From contig CAWJYV010000010.1 in the NCBI GenBank assembly GCA_963847185.1, positions 512,001-576,000 of the forward strand: DNA of 64,000 nucleotides, in the 5' to 3' direction. The stretch's first letter is position 1, and every line of letters starts with the position of its first letter. Shown here in pieces: positions 11,377 through 22,162 of the stretch. Origin of the DNA: an uncultured Methanosarcinaceae archaeon (GTDB taxonomy: Archaea > Halobacteriota > Methanosarcinia > Methanosarcinales > Methanosarcinaceae). The notes below the pieces were generated by a model. It saw only the letters and a list, made by a program, of their open reading frames with translations, did not search any database and was not told the origin of the DNA. Position numbers and translations under genes: made by a program.

Positions 11377-12393
11377 ATGAAAAAAATCGGTATAATATTG
11401 CTAGCTGTTGCTATGCTCGCGGTATTTTCCTGTGCAAGTGAAAGCATTAAAAACGACAATAGCAAAAATATTTCATGGGACAAATATACTTCCGACACGC
11501 TGTTCATTGAAACCCTGAATCCTGAAGCTCAATATCTGGATTTAATAGACAACATTGAAAGTAAAATAAATCAGGTTCAAAACCGGAATTTGGAATTCAT
11601 ACAGTCTGCAGCAGGGAACTATGGAAATATGCCACAAAACTTCCAGCCCTCTTTCAACAGAGGAAGGCCTGAGCAGCTACCCCCTGATTTTGCCGGGAGA
11701 GAACCTGGAGAAAGAGGATATCCGGAAAAGAGGTTCGACAGTTTCCTGGAAGAACAAACTCTACGGCAACAAAACAAATCATATTACCAGTCTTATGTCA
11801 CTCCATATACAGATGTTGTAAGCTCCTATCTTGAAGAAAATGACCTTGATGATAAATATGAAATCTATGAGGCTGCTCTTTCATGGACCTGGGTCTCGGA
11901 TGAGACGTTGAACGGAGAAGAAGAAAAGTGGCTTACTCCCTCTGAGTTTCTGGAAAATACTTCGACTTACTCCAGTAACCCGGACTACGGAAATCCTGTA
12001 AGTGATTGCGAAGAACAGGCAAATACTCTTGCATCCCTCCTGATCGCATCCGGAGAATACAATGAAAGCACCGTACGTGTAGCTGTAGGAGAAGTTGATT
12101 TCGGAAGCGTAAGTGGTGGACATGCCTGGGTAGAGATTTACGAAGAAGGGGAATGGTGCCCACTGGATCCGACTTATGGACCTTACTATGACGACGAGAG
12201 CGGCGAGCTCGTGTCTGTGGATACATCTGAAGTAGATTATGATGAGTACTTCAGCAGTATATATCCTGCTGTAGAAGTCTGGTATTATTATAACAACGAA
12301 TATTTCATGAACCTGGGAACACAGCAGAATGGAGACGTTCCAGTTTCGTGGAACAAGGAGCCTGAGAGTTATCAGGAACTGAATAGTCAATAA
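11377..12393 (+). CDS. Secreted or lipid-anchored transglutaminase-like protein
   Basis: Signal peptide ending FSC; triad motifs SDCEEQA, GHAWVE, LDPT. Confidence 0.8.
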   Translation: MKKIGIILLAVAMLAVFSCASESIKNDNSKNISWDKYTSDTLFIETLNPEAQYLDLIDNIESKINQVQNRNLEFIQSAAGNYGNMPQNFQPSFNRGRPEQLPPDFAGREPGERGYPEKRFDSFLEEQTLRQQNKSYYQSYVTPYTDVVSSYLEENDLDDKYEIYEAALSWTWVSDETLNGEEEKWLTPSEFLENTSTYSSNPDYGNPVSDCEEQANTLASLLIASGEYNESTVRVAVGEVDFGSVSGGHAWVEIYEEGEWCPLDPTYGPYYDDESGELVSVDTSEVDYDEYFSSIYPAVEVWYYYNNEYFMNLGTQQNGDVPVSWNKEPESYQELNSQ

Positions 12394-12721
12394 GTATTCC
12401 CAATCTACGTAAAATTCATCTCTCAGATGTTTTTGATTAGATAGAGATCTATAAACAGTTAAAGAGGAAGCATCTAAAAATTTCGTTATATCGTGCAAAA
12501 AGAATCGAAATCATAAGGTGCTTTCTTCCACGCCTTCTTTTTTGAACTGGAGCTAATTATTAAAGCATACAGTTTTGTTTTTAGAACAAGGTAAAACTTC
12601 TGTCAACTGAAAAATTTCGAATTTTTAAGAATTCTACACTCTATTCAAATCTTCAAGCTTTTATTTTACTTGAAACCTACTAAAGCGGTCTTAAAATTAA
12701 ATTAGATTCTATAATTGGAAC

Positions 12722-12835
12722 AGGACTTACGCATTTGAAAGGAAAAACGGTACATTAAGCCGTTAAATGCCTAAAATGTAAATTTTAACTATGATGTCTA
12801 ATGTATTTGCTTTTATACATAGAGCGGATAAGTCC
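12722..12835. mobile_element. Degenerate MITE-like interspersed repeat
   Basis: Left end AGGACTTACGCA with a decayed inverse copy GCGGATAAGTCC about 110 bp away; resembles a repeat end I recall from Methanosarcina intergenic DNA. Confidence 0.4.
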
Positions 12836-13232
12836 GACAGAATAATTTACGGTCCGAATTTAAAATTAACAATGTTCACTATCCAAAAGTAGAAACGGTT
12901 TGAATTTTAAGATAATCTCTTAGGGATTCGTTTTATTTTACCTGAAAATTTAATTATGGGTTTCTAATATTTGACAAGTAAAAATTTCACTTCTGGAAAG
13001 TTAAGACATCAGACATATTTTAAGTATTAGATGTTCAGTCTTTCAACACATACTTTGCAAGTTTAACAAAAAATACATCATGTATAGGAAATTTTTTATA
13101 TTAGTCTTTTTTTAAAAGGTTAAAACTGAGCAAAGCCATTTTTTAAAAATTCCAACCTGAATTTATCGACCAGAACTTGACAAAATAAGCGTAGATGAGG
13201 CATACATGTTAATATAACTTAGAAAAAAATAT

Positions 13233-13928
13233 ATGTCATTATATATTTTGGATGGTGAGGTTTTCAGGTTGATATTTAAAAGAATACCCATGTATATTTT
13301 TGAGAACTTTCATAATATGTTTAGTGGAAGTTCTGAAAATACTTTTAAGATATGTCAGGAATGCAGGGGAGCATGCGAACATGATAAAATAGGAACACTG
13401 CTACCCGGAGAAAAAGAATACATGGCAGAGAAAATGGGAATAAGCGTTTCTGATTTTGAAGTTCGCTATCTGGATATTTTGAAAATGAATGATGGAACTA
13501 AATTACATGTATTAAAACTAGGGAAATTATGCCCCTTTTTAAACGAAGATACTGAAAAATGTGAGTGCAGGAATTTCAAACCAATACTTTGTAAAGTATA
13601 TCCTGTTATTTTTACAATTGAAGCTGATAAAATTAATTTTGTAATAGATAACTGGTGTCAATTATCGAGAAAAAAATCATGTAGAACTTATTTTGAAAGT
13701 GTAATGCCTCTTTTATCAAGCCTTCCTCTTTCTATAGAGTGGTTCAGGTATGTGGTCAGCTACGATGGTTTCTCCTTTGACTGCAGTAAACTTGCAAAAA
13801 GCAGGAATATAAAGAAAAGATGTGAGATTTATTTACTCGAAGAACTATTGAGTTTGAAGAAAAATGAGATAGAAACTACCAGCTTGTATATTGATTTTAG
13901 TCAGGAAGCTGAAGAGCCCATTTTTTGA
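13233..13928 (+). CDS. YkgJ-family Cys-cluster (Zn/Fe-chelating) protein; true start may be downstream
   Basis: CQECRGAC, CPFL, CECRNFKPILCKVYP. Confidence 0.8.
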   Translation: MSLYILDGEVFRLIFKRIPMYIFENFHNMFSGSSENTFKICQECRGACEHDKIGTLLPGEKEYMAEKMGISVSDFEVRYLDILKMNDGTKLHVLKLGKLCPFLNEDTEKCECRNFKPILCKVYPVIFTIEADKINFVIDNWCQLSRKKSCRTYFESVMPLLSSLPLSIEWFRYVVSYDGFSFDCSKLAKSRNIKKRCEIYLLEELLSLKKNEIETTSLYIDFSQEAEEPIF

Positions 13929-14021
13929 CCTCGTACAGAAGAACCTGTTTGATTAAGAATAAATAGTTCAGTTTTGGGATTGGGCTTTAGTAAATTATAC
14001 TTTCTAACCTAACTCCATACC

Positions 14022-16178
14022 TCATCTATTTTCTTGCTGGCCATTAATAGGAATTGTGAACGCAAAGGTGCTTCCCTCTCCCTGTTTGCTCCTGAACCAG
14101 ATGTATCCACCATGCAGATGCACAATCTGCTTAACTAAAGAGAGACCGAGCCCTGTGCCCTGGAATTTCTTGGAAGAAAATGAATCAACCTGACTAAAAG
14201 GCTTGAATAGTTTATTCTGGTCCTCTGCTGTAATACCAATTCCAGTATCATTGACTGTTATTTCTACCATTTCTCCTTTTTTTCTCACACCTATCTTTAC
14301 AAGACTGTTTTCATAGGAGAACTTAATAGCATTATCTACAAGATTGTACATTATTTGAGAAAATCTGGATTCATCTGCTCGTATCCTTTTTAGCTCTCTA
14401 TCAATAGAGATTTCAATTTGAATATTCTTTCGATCTGCGATAGGAGACAGAAGGTTTCGTATCATATTAAGCTTGCTAGCAAGTTCAAACTCCTTGTAAT
14501 CAAGCTCAAGTCTTCCGGCTTCTATTTTAGAAAGATCCAGAATATCATTGATAAGACCAAGAAGATGCTTCCCGCTTCGAGAAATGTTTCCTACTGCTCT
14601 AAGCTGTCTTCCAGTGAGTTCTCCGTATGCCTGTTCATACAGCAGATCAGAGAATCCTATTATTGAATTAAGTGGGGTTCTCAGTTCATGGCTCATGTTC
14701 GCAAGGAACTCACTCTTGGTACGGTTCGCAACTTCAGCTATTTGTTTCTCCTGAAGAAGCTTTTCTGCTGCTTTCCTTTCAGTAATCTCTCTACAGGTTA
14801 CCATAACTCCTATAATCGTTCCATCCTCTTCGGTCACAGGAATTGCCTGTACATACCAGACTCTACTGTCCTTTGATGTGAACTCTCCTGATTTTTTGTT
14901 ACCTGTTACAAAGATTTGTTCTAGCTGCAAGTACTCAGATAGGGAGCCGCTTATGCCCGAAACAAGTTTTATGAATACGCCAACCGCTTCTTGAAGATCC
15001 ATTTCCATATATTCCAGGGCGGCCTTGTTTGCCCAGATGATATTAAGGTCAGGATTTATGAAAACAACCTGCTCATTCAGGGAATCCAAAAGAACTTTCT
15101 TTTCTCTTTCCTGTGCTTTTAGTTCCTGTTCTACCAGGTGGATTTCATTCAGCATTCCGTTTATTTCCCTTGACAGACGATAAAGCTCATCATTATCTTT
15201 GAGGGACAGCCTTTTGGAAAGATCTTTTTCCGACCTTACTTTTGTAACAAAATCATCAATTCCAATTAATCTTGAGATGAATAATCTGTCAAGTGCATAT
15301 TTAACCCCGACACCCGTCATAAGTCCGGTTAACAAAAGGAAAAAATACATGTAATTAAGGGTTTTCTCGCCATGTTTATAGAGGTCTCTTGGAAAATCAG
15401 CTCTCATTATAATCGCAGGTTTGTCTGAAATGTCCTTTAATTCAAAATAACCGGCCACTCGCTCTTCATTAAGAGGTTCTACTATTGCCTTCCCCGGAAG
15501 CCCGGAAAAATTATTAACTTTTGTCTGGAAATCAGTAGGCATAGGCTCATCGACCCTGTACATCAAAAGAGAAGACCGGGTAGATTCTTTGAAAGAATCA
15601 AGAAGGGGAGGGTCAAAGTATCTCCCAAAAATCAAAGTGCCTTTCGAGGGACCCGTATAATTTGTCGTAAGAATTGGATGGCACGAAATAAACATCGGGC
15701 CTTCATCGAGTAAAACAAAACCTCTTATAGTATCATTGTCAGATTTTGTAATGAGTCTGCCACTTTTGATCAGTTCGCGAAGATCCTCAGGAAGCGGTTT
15801 TTCTTCTGCACTATGAACATCAATAGATTTTGCGTAAACAACAGATCCGGAATTGTTAACAAAAATCATCACATTAACTCTTAGTGTAGCAAGGGTCTGG
15901 TTCTGGATGTTTACGTCTATAAATCTCTGGTTCCTATCTTTAATAAAAATGTAAGTATCATTCCAGCATGCCCAGTCCTGGACTATATAATCAAGGTATC
16001 CCTGTTCAGTAGAAACTGCATTTTGCACCCTTTCTACATTCGCCAATGTGTCCGCCTGTTCAAGCTCCAAAAAATTGGAAAGCTGCATATTGTGGGAAAA
16101 TGTGAATGCAGCAGTAAGGACGGCAAAAATTAATAGGGTTATTACAAGAACTTTTTTACTAATATCTATTGTAGACAC
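14022..16178 (-). CDS. Membrane sensor histidine kinase (CHASE4-HAMP-PAS-HisKA-HATPase)
   Basis: DWACWNDTY (CHASE4), [12 protein letters not shown] (HAMP), [35 protein letters not shown]. Confidence 0.95.
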   Translation of the reverse strand: MSTIDISKKVLVITLLIFAVLTAAFTFSHNMQLSNFLELEQADTLANVERVQNAVSTEQGYLDYIVQDWACWNDTYIFIKDRNQRFIDVNIQNQTLATLRVNVMIFVNNSGSVVYAKSIDVHSAEEKPLPEDLRELIKSGRLITKSDNDTIRGFVLLDEGPMFISCHPILTTNYTGPSKGTLIFGRYFDPPLLDSFKESTRSSLLMYRVDEPMPTDFQTKVNNFSGLPGKAIVEPLNEERVAGYFELKDISDKPAIIMRADFPRDLYKHGEKTLNYMYFFLLLTGLMTGVGVKYALDRLFISRLIGIDDFVTKVRSEKDLSKRLSLKDNDELYRLSREINGMLNEIHLVEQELKAQEREKKVLLDSLNEQVVFINPDLNIIWANKAALEYMEMDLQEAVGVFIKLVSGISGSLSEYLQLEQIFVTGNKKSGEFTSKDSRVWYVQAIPVTEEDGTIIGVMVTCREITERKAAEKLLQEKQIAEVANRTKSEFLANMSHELRTPLNSIIGFSDLLYEQAYGELTGRQLRAVGNISRSGKHLLGLINDILDLSKIEAGRLELDYKEFELASKLNMIRNLLSPIADRKNIQIEISIDRELKRIRADESRFSQIMYNLVDNAIKFSYENSLVKIGVRKKGEMVEITVNDTGIGITAEDQNKLFKPFSQVDSFSSKKFQGTGLGLSLVKQIVHLHGGYIWFRSKQGEGSTFAFTIPINGQQENR

Positions 16179-16378
16179 CCCTAGGTGGCTTAAAAACTAA
16201 GAGGAGCTTGAAAGTAATAATATATAAAAAGAAGAGATAGTATATAAGATTACGCAGACTTACTAAATAAATTCATATGCGAGCTCCCCTTTTATCCCGG
16301 ACTTACTGGCCAATTGAATGAAAAAAACTTTGGATGAATTTAAATGATCATTATTAAAAATTTGGAAAAACTTAAGAA

Positions 16379-17236
16379 TCATTTTTCAGTTACAACATTT
16401 CTGGCAGCAAAGTAAGAATGTTCTGCAACTTCCATATTACCCTTAATGTCAGTAACTTTCATATCAAATTTACAGGCAAATTCCTTAACATTCTCATCAA
16501 ATTCAGACTTATTTGCAAATCCGGTATCAATTTTTGCAGCCCTGCAATAAAGAGAGTTTTTTAAATACTTGTTATTGAAATCCCGACCCTCAGCTTTATT
16601 TTCCAGCCGCTTCCAGCTCGAAGCCCACATAGGAGTCAGATAAATCGTCCCCATACCTCTGAATTCGAGCATGCATCTTGCATACGCCTCATTTCCTCCA
16701 AGAGCTAAACTGATGCAGTCTTCTATCATCTCTCCGTCTTTATCCTTCAGAAAAGAAAGCGGACATCCAAGCCCTGCAAAATCTTCTTCCAGTTTTCCGA
16801 ATGTATGCCCACAGGTGCCGTAAAAAATCAGAATTCTGTCAGAAAAGGGAGACATTTCCTGAATATTTTCATACACTTTTGCCTTCAATTGCTCTAGATC
16901 CGAGTGCAAGCCCAGGCTTAACAGATTTACGATAACTGTTATCTTTTTCTTTTCTATTCTTTCCCTTTTTTCATAAATTTTTTTGAAAATGGAAATTGAG
17001 GAAAGAAATTTAATATGTGTTCTTGAATTGAAGCTATCTTCGTCCTTAAGAAGCATTGGAACCCTATCCAGAAAAGCTGTTCTGGGAACACAATTATTCA
17101 ACTTAAGCTTGCGAAAGAAACCTGAATTATCCCTATTTTCCACAACTATTAGTTGTTTAAGTTCACGGTCTTTTGACAATACATGTACAAGCTCGTCTTC
17201 GAACATTCCACAGGCAATGATACTTAATACAGGCAT
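16379..17236 (-). CDS. DUF1638-domain protein
   Basis: IIACGMFEDE, LGLH, IFYGTCG, DCISLALGG, YLTPMW motifs. Confidence 0.8.
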   Translation of the reverse strand: MPVLSIIACGMFEDELVHVLSKDRELKQLIVVENRDNSGFFRKLKLNNCVPRTAFLDRVPMLLKDEDSFNSRTHIKFLSSISIFKKIYEKRERIEKKKITVIVNLLSLGLHSDLEQLKAKVYENIQEMSPFSDRILIFYGTCGHTFGKLEEDFAGLGCPLSFLKDKDGEMIEDCISLALGGNEAYARCMLEFRGMGTIYLTPMWASSWKRLENKAEGRDFNNKYLKNSLYCRAAKIDTGFANKSEFDENVKEFACKFDMKVTDIKGNMEVAEHSYFAARNVVTEK

Positions 17237-17639
17237 ATTTCAGGTATCCTTTCTCTTAAGATGGTCAATTCTCATATCTTTTCCACAATATGACAGAAGC
17301 CCAGGGATTGATAAATTTACCGATAACTGTGATTTATCCTGAACAACATATAATACTTTTCTCTGGTTAAAAATAGATAGCAACAGCTTAGACAGCAACA
17401 GATAAAGCAGAAAGAGAATTGGGGTTAATGGGCTGTAAAAGAGGAGACGTGTTGATAATGAAGGGATCTGAACAAACTGCTCCTCCTCAAATATATTTTT
17501 ATTTATGTCTCCATTACACTGTTGTATATTTTCCAGAATTTTTGGTTCTTACTTTTTATTCAAAGTATATATTTAGATTTAAGATGTTAATTAGCATTAA
17601 TATATAAAAGCTGCATAATATATTAATGCCAATAATTTT

Positions 17640-17897
17640 TTACTTCTTCTTTGAGTTTTTAGGAGTCTTTTTAGGGAGTTTATGATCAGGAGTGACTCCG
17701 TAATATCTTGTCCTTGCCGCCCCCCAAATACAGCCGTTTTTCCCGAAAATTTTCAGTTCAAGGTTCTGAATACTCTTGCAAATTTTATTCCCTTCTCTTG
17801 CACCCTTGCAAACTATGCAGTATTTTTCACAAAAAACGGGGGGGTTACCCTTAGCTTCAGCCATTTCTAACTCACGTCCCTGGATATCATTCTTCAT
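17640..17897 (-). CDS. Small Cys-rich hypothetical protein
   Basis: FCEKYCIVCKGAR...C...CIWG; start may be the internal Met. Confidence 0.65.
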   Translation of the reverse strand: MKNDIQGRELEMAEAKGNPPVFCEKYCIVCKGAREGNKICKSIQNLELKIFGKNGCIWGAARTRYYGVTPDHKLPKKTPKNSKKK

Positions 17898-17930
17898 ATC
17901 GAATGCTTTCTGGGCGCCTTTCTTGATAAA

Positions 17931-18377
17931 TTATTCCCTAATGATATCAAATGTTATCAGAGCAATTTCTTTCCTGCTACCTGGACCGGGAGCACACTGG
18001 AAGACCTCACTAATCTTGACTTCAATGAGAGTCTTTGCAGGAAGTCCGGGTTTTGCTGCGTGTACGATTGATTTCATTTTTTCAAATTTTTCTCCGGTGC
18101 TAATAACATCCGCTTTACCCTTTATCTGGAAGCAGCCACCTGTATCTGGACCCCATACATAAATTGCAACGTGGGGGTTTTCTTTAAGGTTCTCCAGGGA
18201 TTTAACCATGAAATTGTCTGCAATCCAGATAGTTTCATCGTCCACAAGTTGACAGAATCCCATAGGCACTACATTAGGAATACCATCTTTTGAAGCTGTG
18301 GCCACAGGAAAGATCTTTACTTTTGAAAAAGCAATTTTCATCTCTTCACTTAATTTTACCATAGTAATCACCATCAA
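17931..18377 (-). CDS. Pyridoxamine 5'-phosphate oxidase-like FMN-binding protein (probable 1-base insertion near C-terminus)
   Basis: VATASKDGIPNVVP, IADNFMVKSLENLKENP, FQIKG; removing one base gives the family-like end PGPGAGKKLL*. Confidence 0.85.
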   Translation of the reverse strand: MMVITMVKLSEEMKIAFSKVKIFPVATASKDGIPNVVPMGFCQLVDDETIWIADNFMVKSLENLKENPHVAIYVWGPDTGGCFQIKGKADVISTGEKFEKMKSIVHAAKPGLPAKTLIEVKISEVFQCAPGPGSRKEIALITFDIIRE

Positions 18378-18506
18378 GATGGTTGCAATATAGATTTATA
18401 TACTTTAGCGTCAGAGTTGTGTATCTGGACGATTTCTTTGTGCATTTTAATAACCTTTCTGGGCAAAACAGCCAGTTAAAAGATTGATTTCGAAAAAGGA
18501 ATCAGA

Positions 18507-19023
18507 ATGGTAGATATTCGGAAGATCAGAGAATTCGGGTTGGAGATCCTGAAAAAAATTGATTCAAAAAACGAAAAGGTTATTAAGTGGAAGAACTGGC
18601 TGGACGGATACAGGTTTACCTCAGATTGTCCCGACGACCCCTACGCCTGGCTTACTGTCGTGCTGGCTTTAAAATCTGTGGACTCAGGGAACTACGGAGT
18701 AGGAGGCGTTCTTATTAATGAAAGAGCAGAAATAGTTTCCATGGGGCATAATCTTGTATATTCCCCCTATTGAATCATATCCAATGTGCCTTGTCAGGCT
18801 TATTTCCTCAGGAATAAACTCGATAATTCATGTTTCATCTGACCCTTTAGCCGGAATGGCACGCGCAACAAATTTTTTACCCCCTCTCTGGAAAGAACTC
18901 TCCGAACGCCAGACCTTTGCAAAAGCTGCCTGCTCTGAAGAGCTTTCAAAAGCTGCAATTGAAATTATGCTTATTAATGCCGAAGAACTACTTGAGATTC
19001 TGAAAAAACGCAGCGTTTCATAA
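18507..19023 (+). pseudogene. Cytidine/nucleoside deaminase-family pseudogene
   Basis: GNYGVGGVLI...GHNLVYSPY jumps out of frame to ESYPMCLVRLI; HAE motif absent, first Cys of the CxxC motif replaced by Tyr. Confidence 0.75.
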
Positions 19024-19137
19024 TCTCAGTGACTTGAAAGAATAAACTAAGAAAGAATAAACTAAATTTGTGAGAAGCTCGAAAAGGAAAATTTGAAAAA
19101 AGGATGACGTTTTTTGTTTGCCTTTAAGTCTCAACTC

Positions 19138-19590
19138 TTAGAAATCAACCTTTTCTCTGTGCCCGAACTCTATTCTGTAATCAAGGTAATAGACAACTTC
19201 AGGCTCTATTTTTATCATAACAATATCCGGATCAGGGGGCATGTCTGCAGCAACAGGGAATTTTGCCACCATTACTTCCCCAACTTCACGAAGTTCTTTC
19301 TCATCGGTAATTATCGATGCCCTGCCTTCCACCTGAAGTGCCTGCATATCAAACCAATCCGGATCATCTTCGTCAACAGTGTACGCAACATATGGATTGT
19401 GCATAATATTCTGGATTTTTCGGGTATTCTTACTCGTTGCCAGATACACAACTGCTTCTTCTGATACATATGCCATTGTATGAGCCATAGGATTACCCTG
19501 AGGACTCACAGTTGCAAGGTTCAGGTAATAATGACTTGCAAGGTATTCATAGATTTTATCTTTGAGCTCTTCTGCCATAATCCCCACCAA
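19138..19590 (-). CDS. Pyridoxamine 5'-phosphate oxidase-family (split-barrel flavin/F420-binding) protein
   Basis: LNLATVSPQGNP, TRKIQNIMHNPYVA, ALQVEGRA. Confidence 0.85.
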   Translation of the reverse strand: MVGIMAEELKDKIYEYLASHYYLNLATVSPQGNPMAHTMAYVSEEAVVYLATSKNTRKIQNIMHNPYVAYTVDEDDPDWFDMQALQVEGRASIITDEKELREVGEVMVAKFPVAADMPPDPDIVMIKIEPEVVYYLDYRIEFGHREKVDF

Positions 19591-19905
19591 AACTTGTAAT
19601 TCTAATTAAAACCACTTTTGAAAGGGTTACCTCTTTTGAAAGGGTTTTGCGCTAAATTTATCAGGATACCGGAGATATCCTCAAAATATCTTCCATTACT
19701 ATAGTGAAAAGGAAAAAGCTTCACTAGATTTAATATCTTTTCCCCATACAATTTAGAGTAACAAAATTTACAAATTTTACTTATAATTTTGAAATATGGA
19801 AATAAATCTACTATTCTGCAAAAAAATTGTGAACTTGAATACATACAAATTAAAGGGAGCTCCACAGCTTAGACTCTTTTAATCTACAGGGATATTGATG
19901 CTATG

Positions 19906-20388
19906 TTAATACCAATGCCCAAATATTTTTCCCCACAAAAGATCAGCAAGACAATGTATTTCAATTGAAACAAAAAACCCGAATAGGGCCGATGCCCAGA
20001 TCCAGTAGGGAAGCTTTCCTGCGTCAAGACTTAAGAGGTAAAGCAAAGAATAAAGCAGAAAGGCAGGTGTAAGGGTAAGAACCACAGGCCCAAACACAGG
20101 ATGATGCAAGATTCCCCTATGCCCTAAAAACTGGTAGGGAATCCAGATAATTTTAAATATACCCCAGCGACGAAACGGGGCGCTCCTGGTATCAAGATCC
20201 GGACTTAGGAAAAAAGTACCGAATAAATAAGCCAGCGAAAAAACTATTATTCTCCTGGTTTCCAGGTAACTGGCAGGAAAAGGAAGTACGGGTCTTTTAA
20301 GAAGAGAGAAAAAACTGAACAAAATTACAAACAATATAATCATATTGATTCTATCATGTGTTTTTCCGGAAGGCATTTCTTGTACCAC
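19906..20388 (-). CDS. DUF2227-family putative metal-binding membrane protein
   Basis: MPSGKTHDRI, LSPDLD, RWG...WIPY...HRGILH, H..AD. Confidence 0.85.
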   Translation of the reverse strand: MVQEMPSGKTHDRINMIILFVILFSFFSLLKRPVLPFPASYLETRRIIVFSLAYLFGTFFLSPDLDTRSAPFRRWGIFKIIWIPYQFLGHRGILHHPVFGPVVLTLTPAFLLYSLLYLLSLDAGKLPYWIWASALFGFFVSIEIHCLADLLWGKIFGHWY

Positions 20389-20553
20389 TTTTTATTTAAA
20401 TGAAACACGTGTTTTCTGGCTCTTATATTTTATTACATAATTATTCACAAAAAACAAAAGAAGAAAAAGGAAGAAAAAAAATAGAAGAAGAAAAATGGTC
20501 TAAGAGAAAGGAAAAGAAAGGAAAAAAGAGTAAGAAATTATTTAAGAAATTAT

Positions 20554-21447
20554 TTAAGATTTCCGCTTTTTCACACATTCTTTCAGTTTTTCTTCCAGGC
20601 GAATTCTGGAGATAAATACTCCAAACTGTGTTGCAATTGTTTCAATGACTGTCCGCACACTATCCGAAAGCTCGTACTCAACTCTCGAAGCAAGGTAAAA
20701 TGCGGCGATAGTCTTTTTGCCTGATTTTACGGGAATGATCGCCGTAGCCCTCAGATTTTCCTGCCTGAGTGCCTCGTCCCTGGAAGTGAGAAGAAGGTCT
20801 ATGCTTTGTTTGTATACAGGTTGTCCTATCATGACGAGTTTGGCATTTGGAGAATTTGCGCTATAATAAGAGGCATGCTCGACAAAAGTAGGAGAAAGGC
20901 CGCGGTGAATGGCAAGGTTCAGATCTCCGGTTTCCTCATCGATAAGATAGATTCCGCCAGCATTGATTTCATCTATCTGGAGACAGGAATCCAGTAGTTT
21001 TTCAAGAGTTTCTACCAGGCCGCTGGAAGTACTGAGAGCAATGCCCAGATCCCTCTGGATATAAAGCAACTTTTCTTTCCTCTTCCTTTCCGTAATATCC
21101 AGAATAATGCCTTTGAGGTACTTGACAACTCCATTTTCGTCAGCCTCAATAAAAGTTCTTTCTTCAACCCAGCGCACCTCCCCTGCTTTTGTCAGGATAC
21201 GGTACTCCTGAGAAAAATCCATGTAATCCTCCTCGATTCGCCTGGTAAGTTCTCTTTCAACTCTGTTCAGGTCGTCAGGATGGACTATATTGCCATATAG
21301 AAGTTTACCTGATGTAAATTCTTCTACCGTATACCCAAACTGCTTTATGTTTTCGGATACGAAATCTGCAGGCCAGTACTTTTCTGGCCTCCAGAGAAAA
21401 ACAGTTGCAGGGACCTTATTTATTATTGAAATCAGTTCCTTTGCCAT
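20554..21447 (-). CDS. PAS-GAF sensory protein without output domain; N-terminus probably extends to ATG 21548 through a frameshift
   Basis: FVSENIKQFGYT...VHPDD...EYRILTKAGEVRWV...DITERK, then GAF-like region; open frame continues about 30 codons upstream. Confidence 0.85.
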   Translation of the reverse strand: MAKELISIINKVPATVFLWRPEKYWPADFVSENIKQFGYTVEEFTSGKLLYGNIVHPDDLNRVERELTRRIEEDYMDFSQEYRILTKAGEVRWVEERTFIEADENGVVKYLKGIILDITERKRKEKLLYIQRDLGIALSTSSGLVETLEKLLDSCLQIDEINAGGIYLIDEETGDLNLAIHRGLSPTFVEHASYYSANSPNAKLVMIGQPVYKQSIDLLLTSRDEALRQENLRATAIIPVKSGKKTIAAFYLASRVEYELSDSVRTVIETIATQFGVFISRIRLEEKLKECVKKRKS

Positions 21448-22162
21448 CTCAAGAGCATTGCATAAGGCTATTTCGTTTAGATATTTGCAGGATTTTTGCG
21501 TTTTATTGATTTCCGTTCTTAGCCTGAATTCGAAGCCGCTTTAGCCATCTTATTCTCCGACAATGAAAACTTTTACAGGAAACTATGAGAAGATTTCGCC
21601 TATTTAGAGTTTTTGCTCTAGTTACATAGAAATACTCCATAAATTAAAAAGCTTGTGATTTAATACTCTGAAAGTATCAGGGTGCAGTGACTTAGATTTG
21701 GAAGAAACCCTGAAGTAGGATTAAAGGAAGTGAGCAAAAATGAAATAATCAAAGGGAAAAATATATATGTTTATATGAAAATTCCCTGTTTATAGGGACC
21801 GTAGAACTATAATGATCTCTATAATTTGTTAAAATCATACTCCTAAAAAAGTAATTTTATGCTTTGATTTTTTTATAGAATTTCTACCTTAAATATATTC
21901 ACAGAAAGGAATTTCGTTTTTAGAAAAGTTATTTTTAGAAAAGGCAATATTTACTTGCTGAAAGATTGCTTTTGTCCTGGCGCCGCGTTAACCCTCAACG
22001 ATTCAATAGTGATGAATAGTTGCCATCGATTTTATGTGATATTTTGCTGTTGATGTGATACTAGTCCAATTACTAAGGTCAATTTGAGATATCACCATTG
22101 ATATTTTTAAATAGATTTGCTTACAAAGTAATAAAAAGGTAAGAAAAGGGGATTTTGATAAA

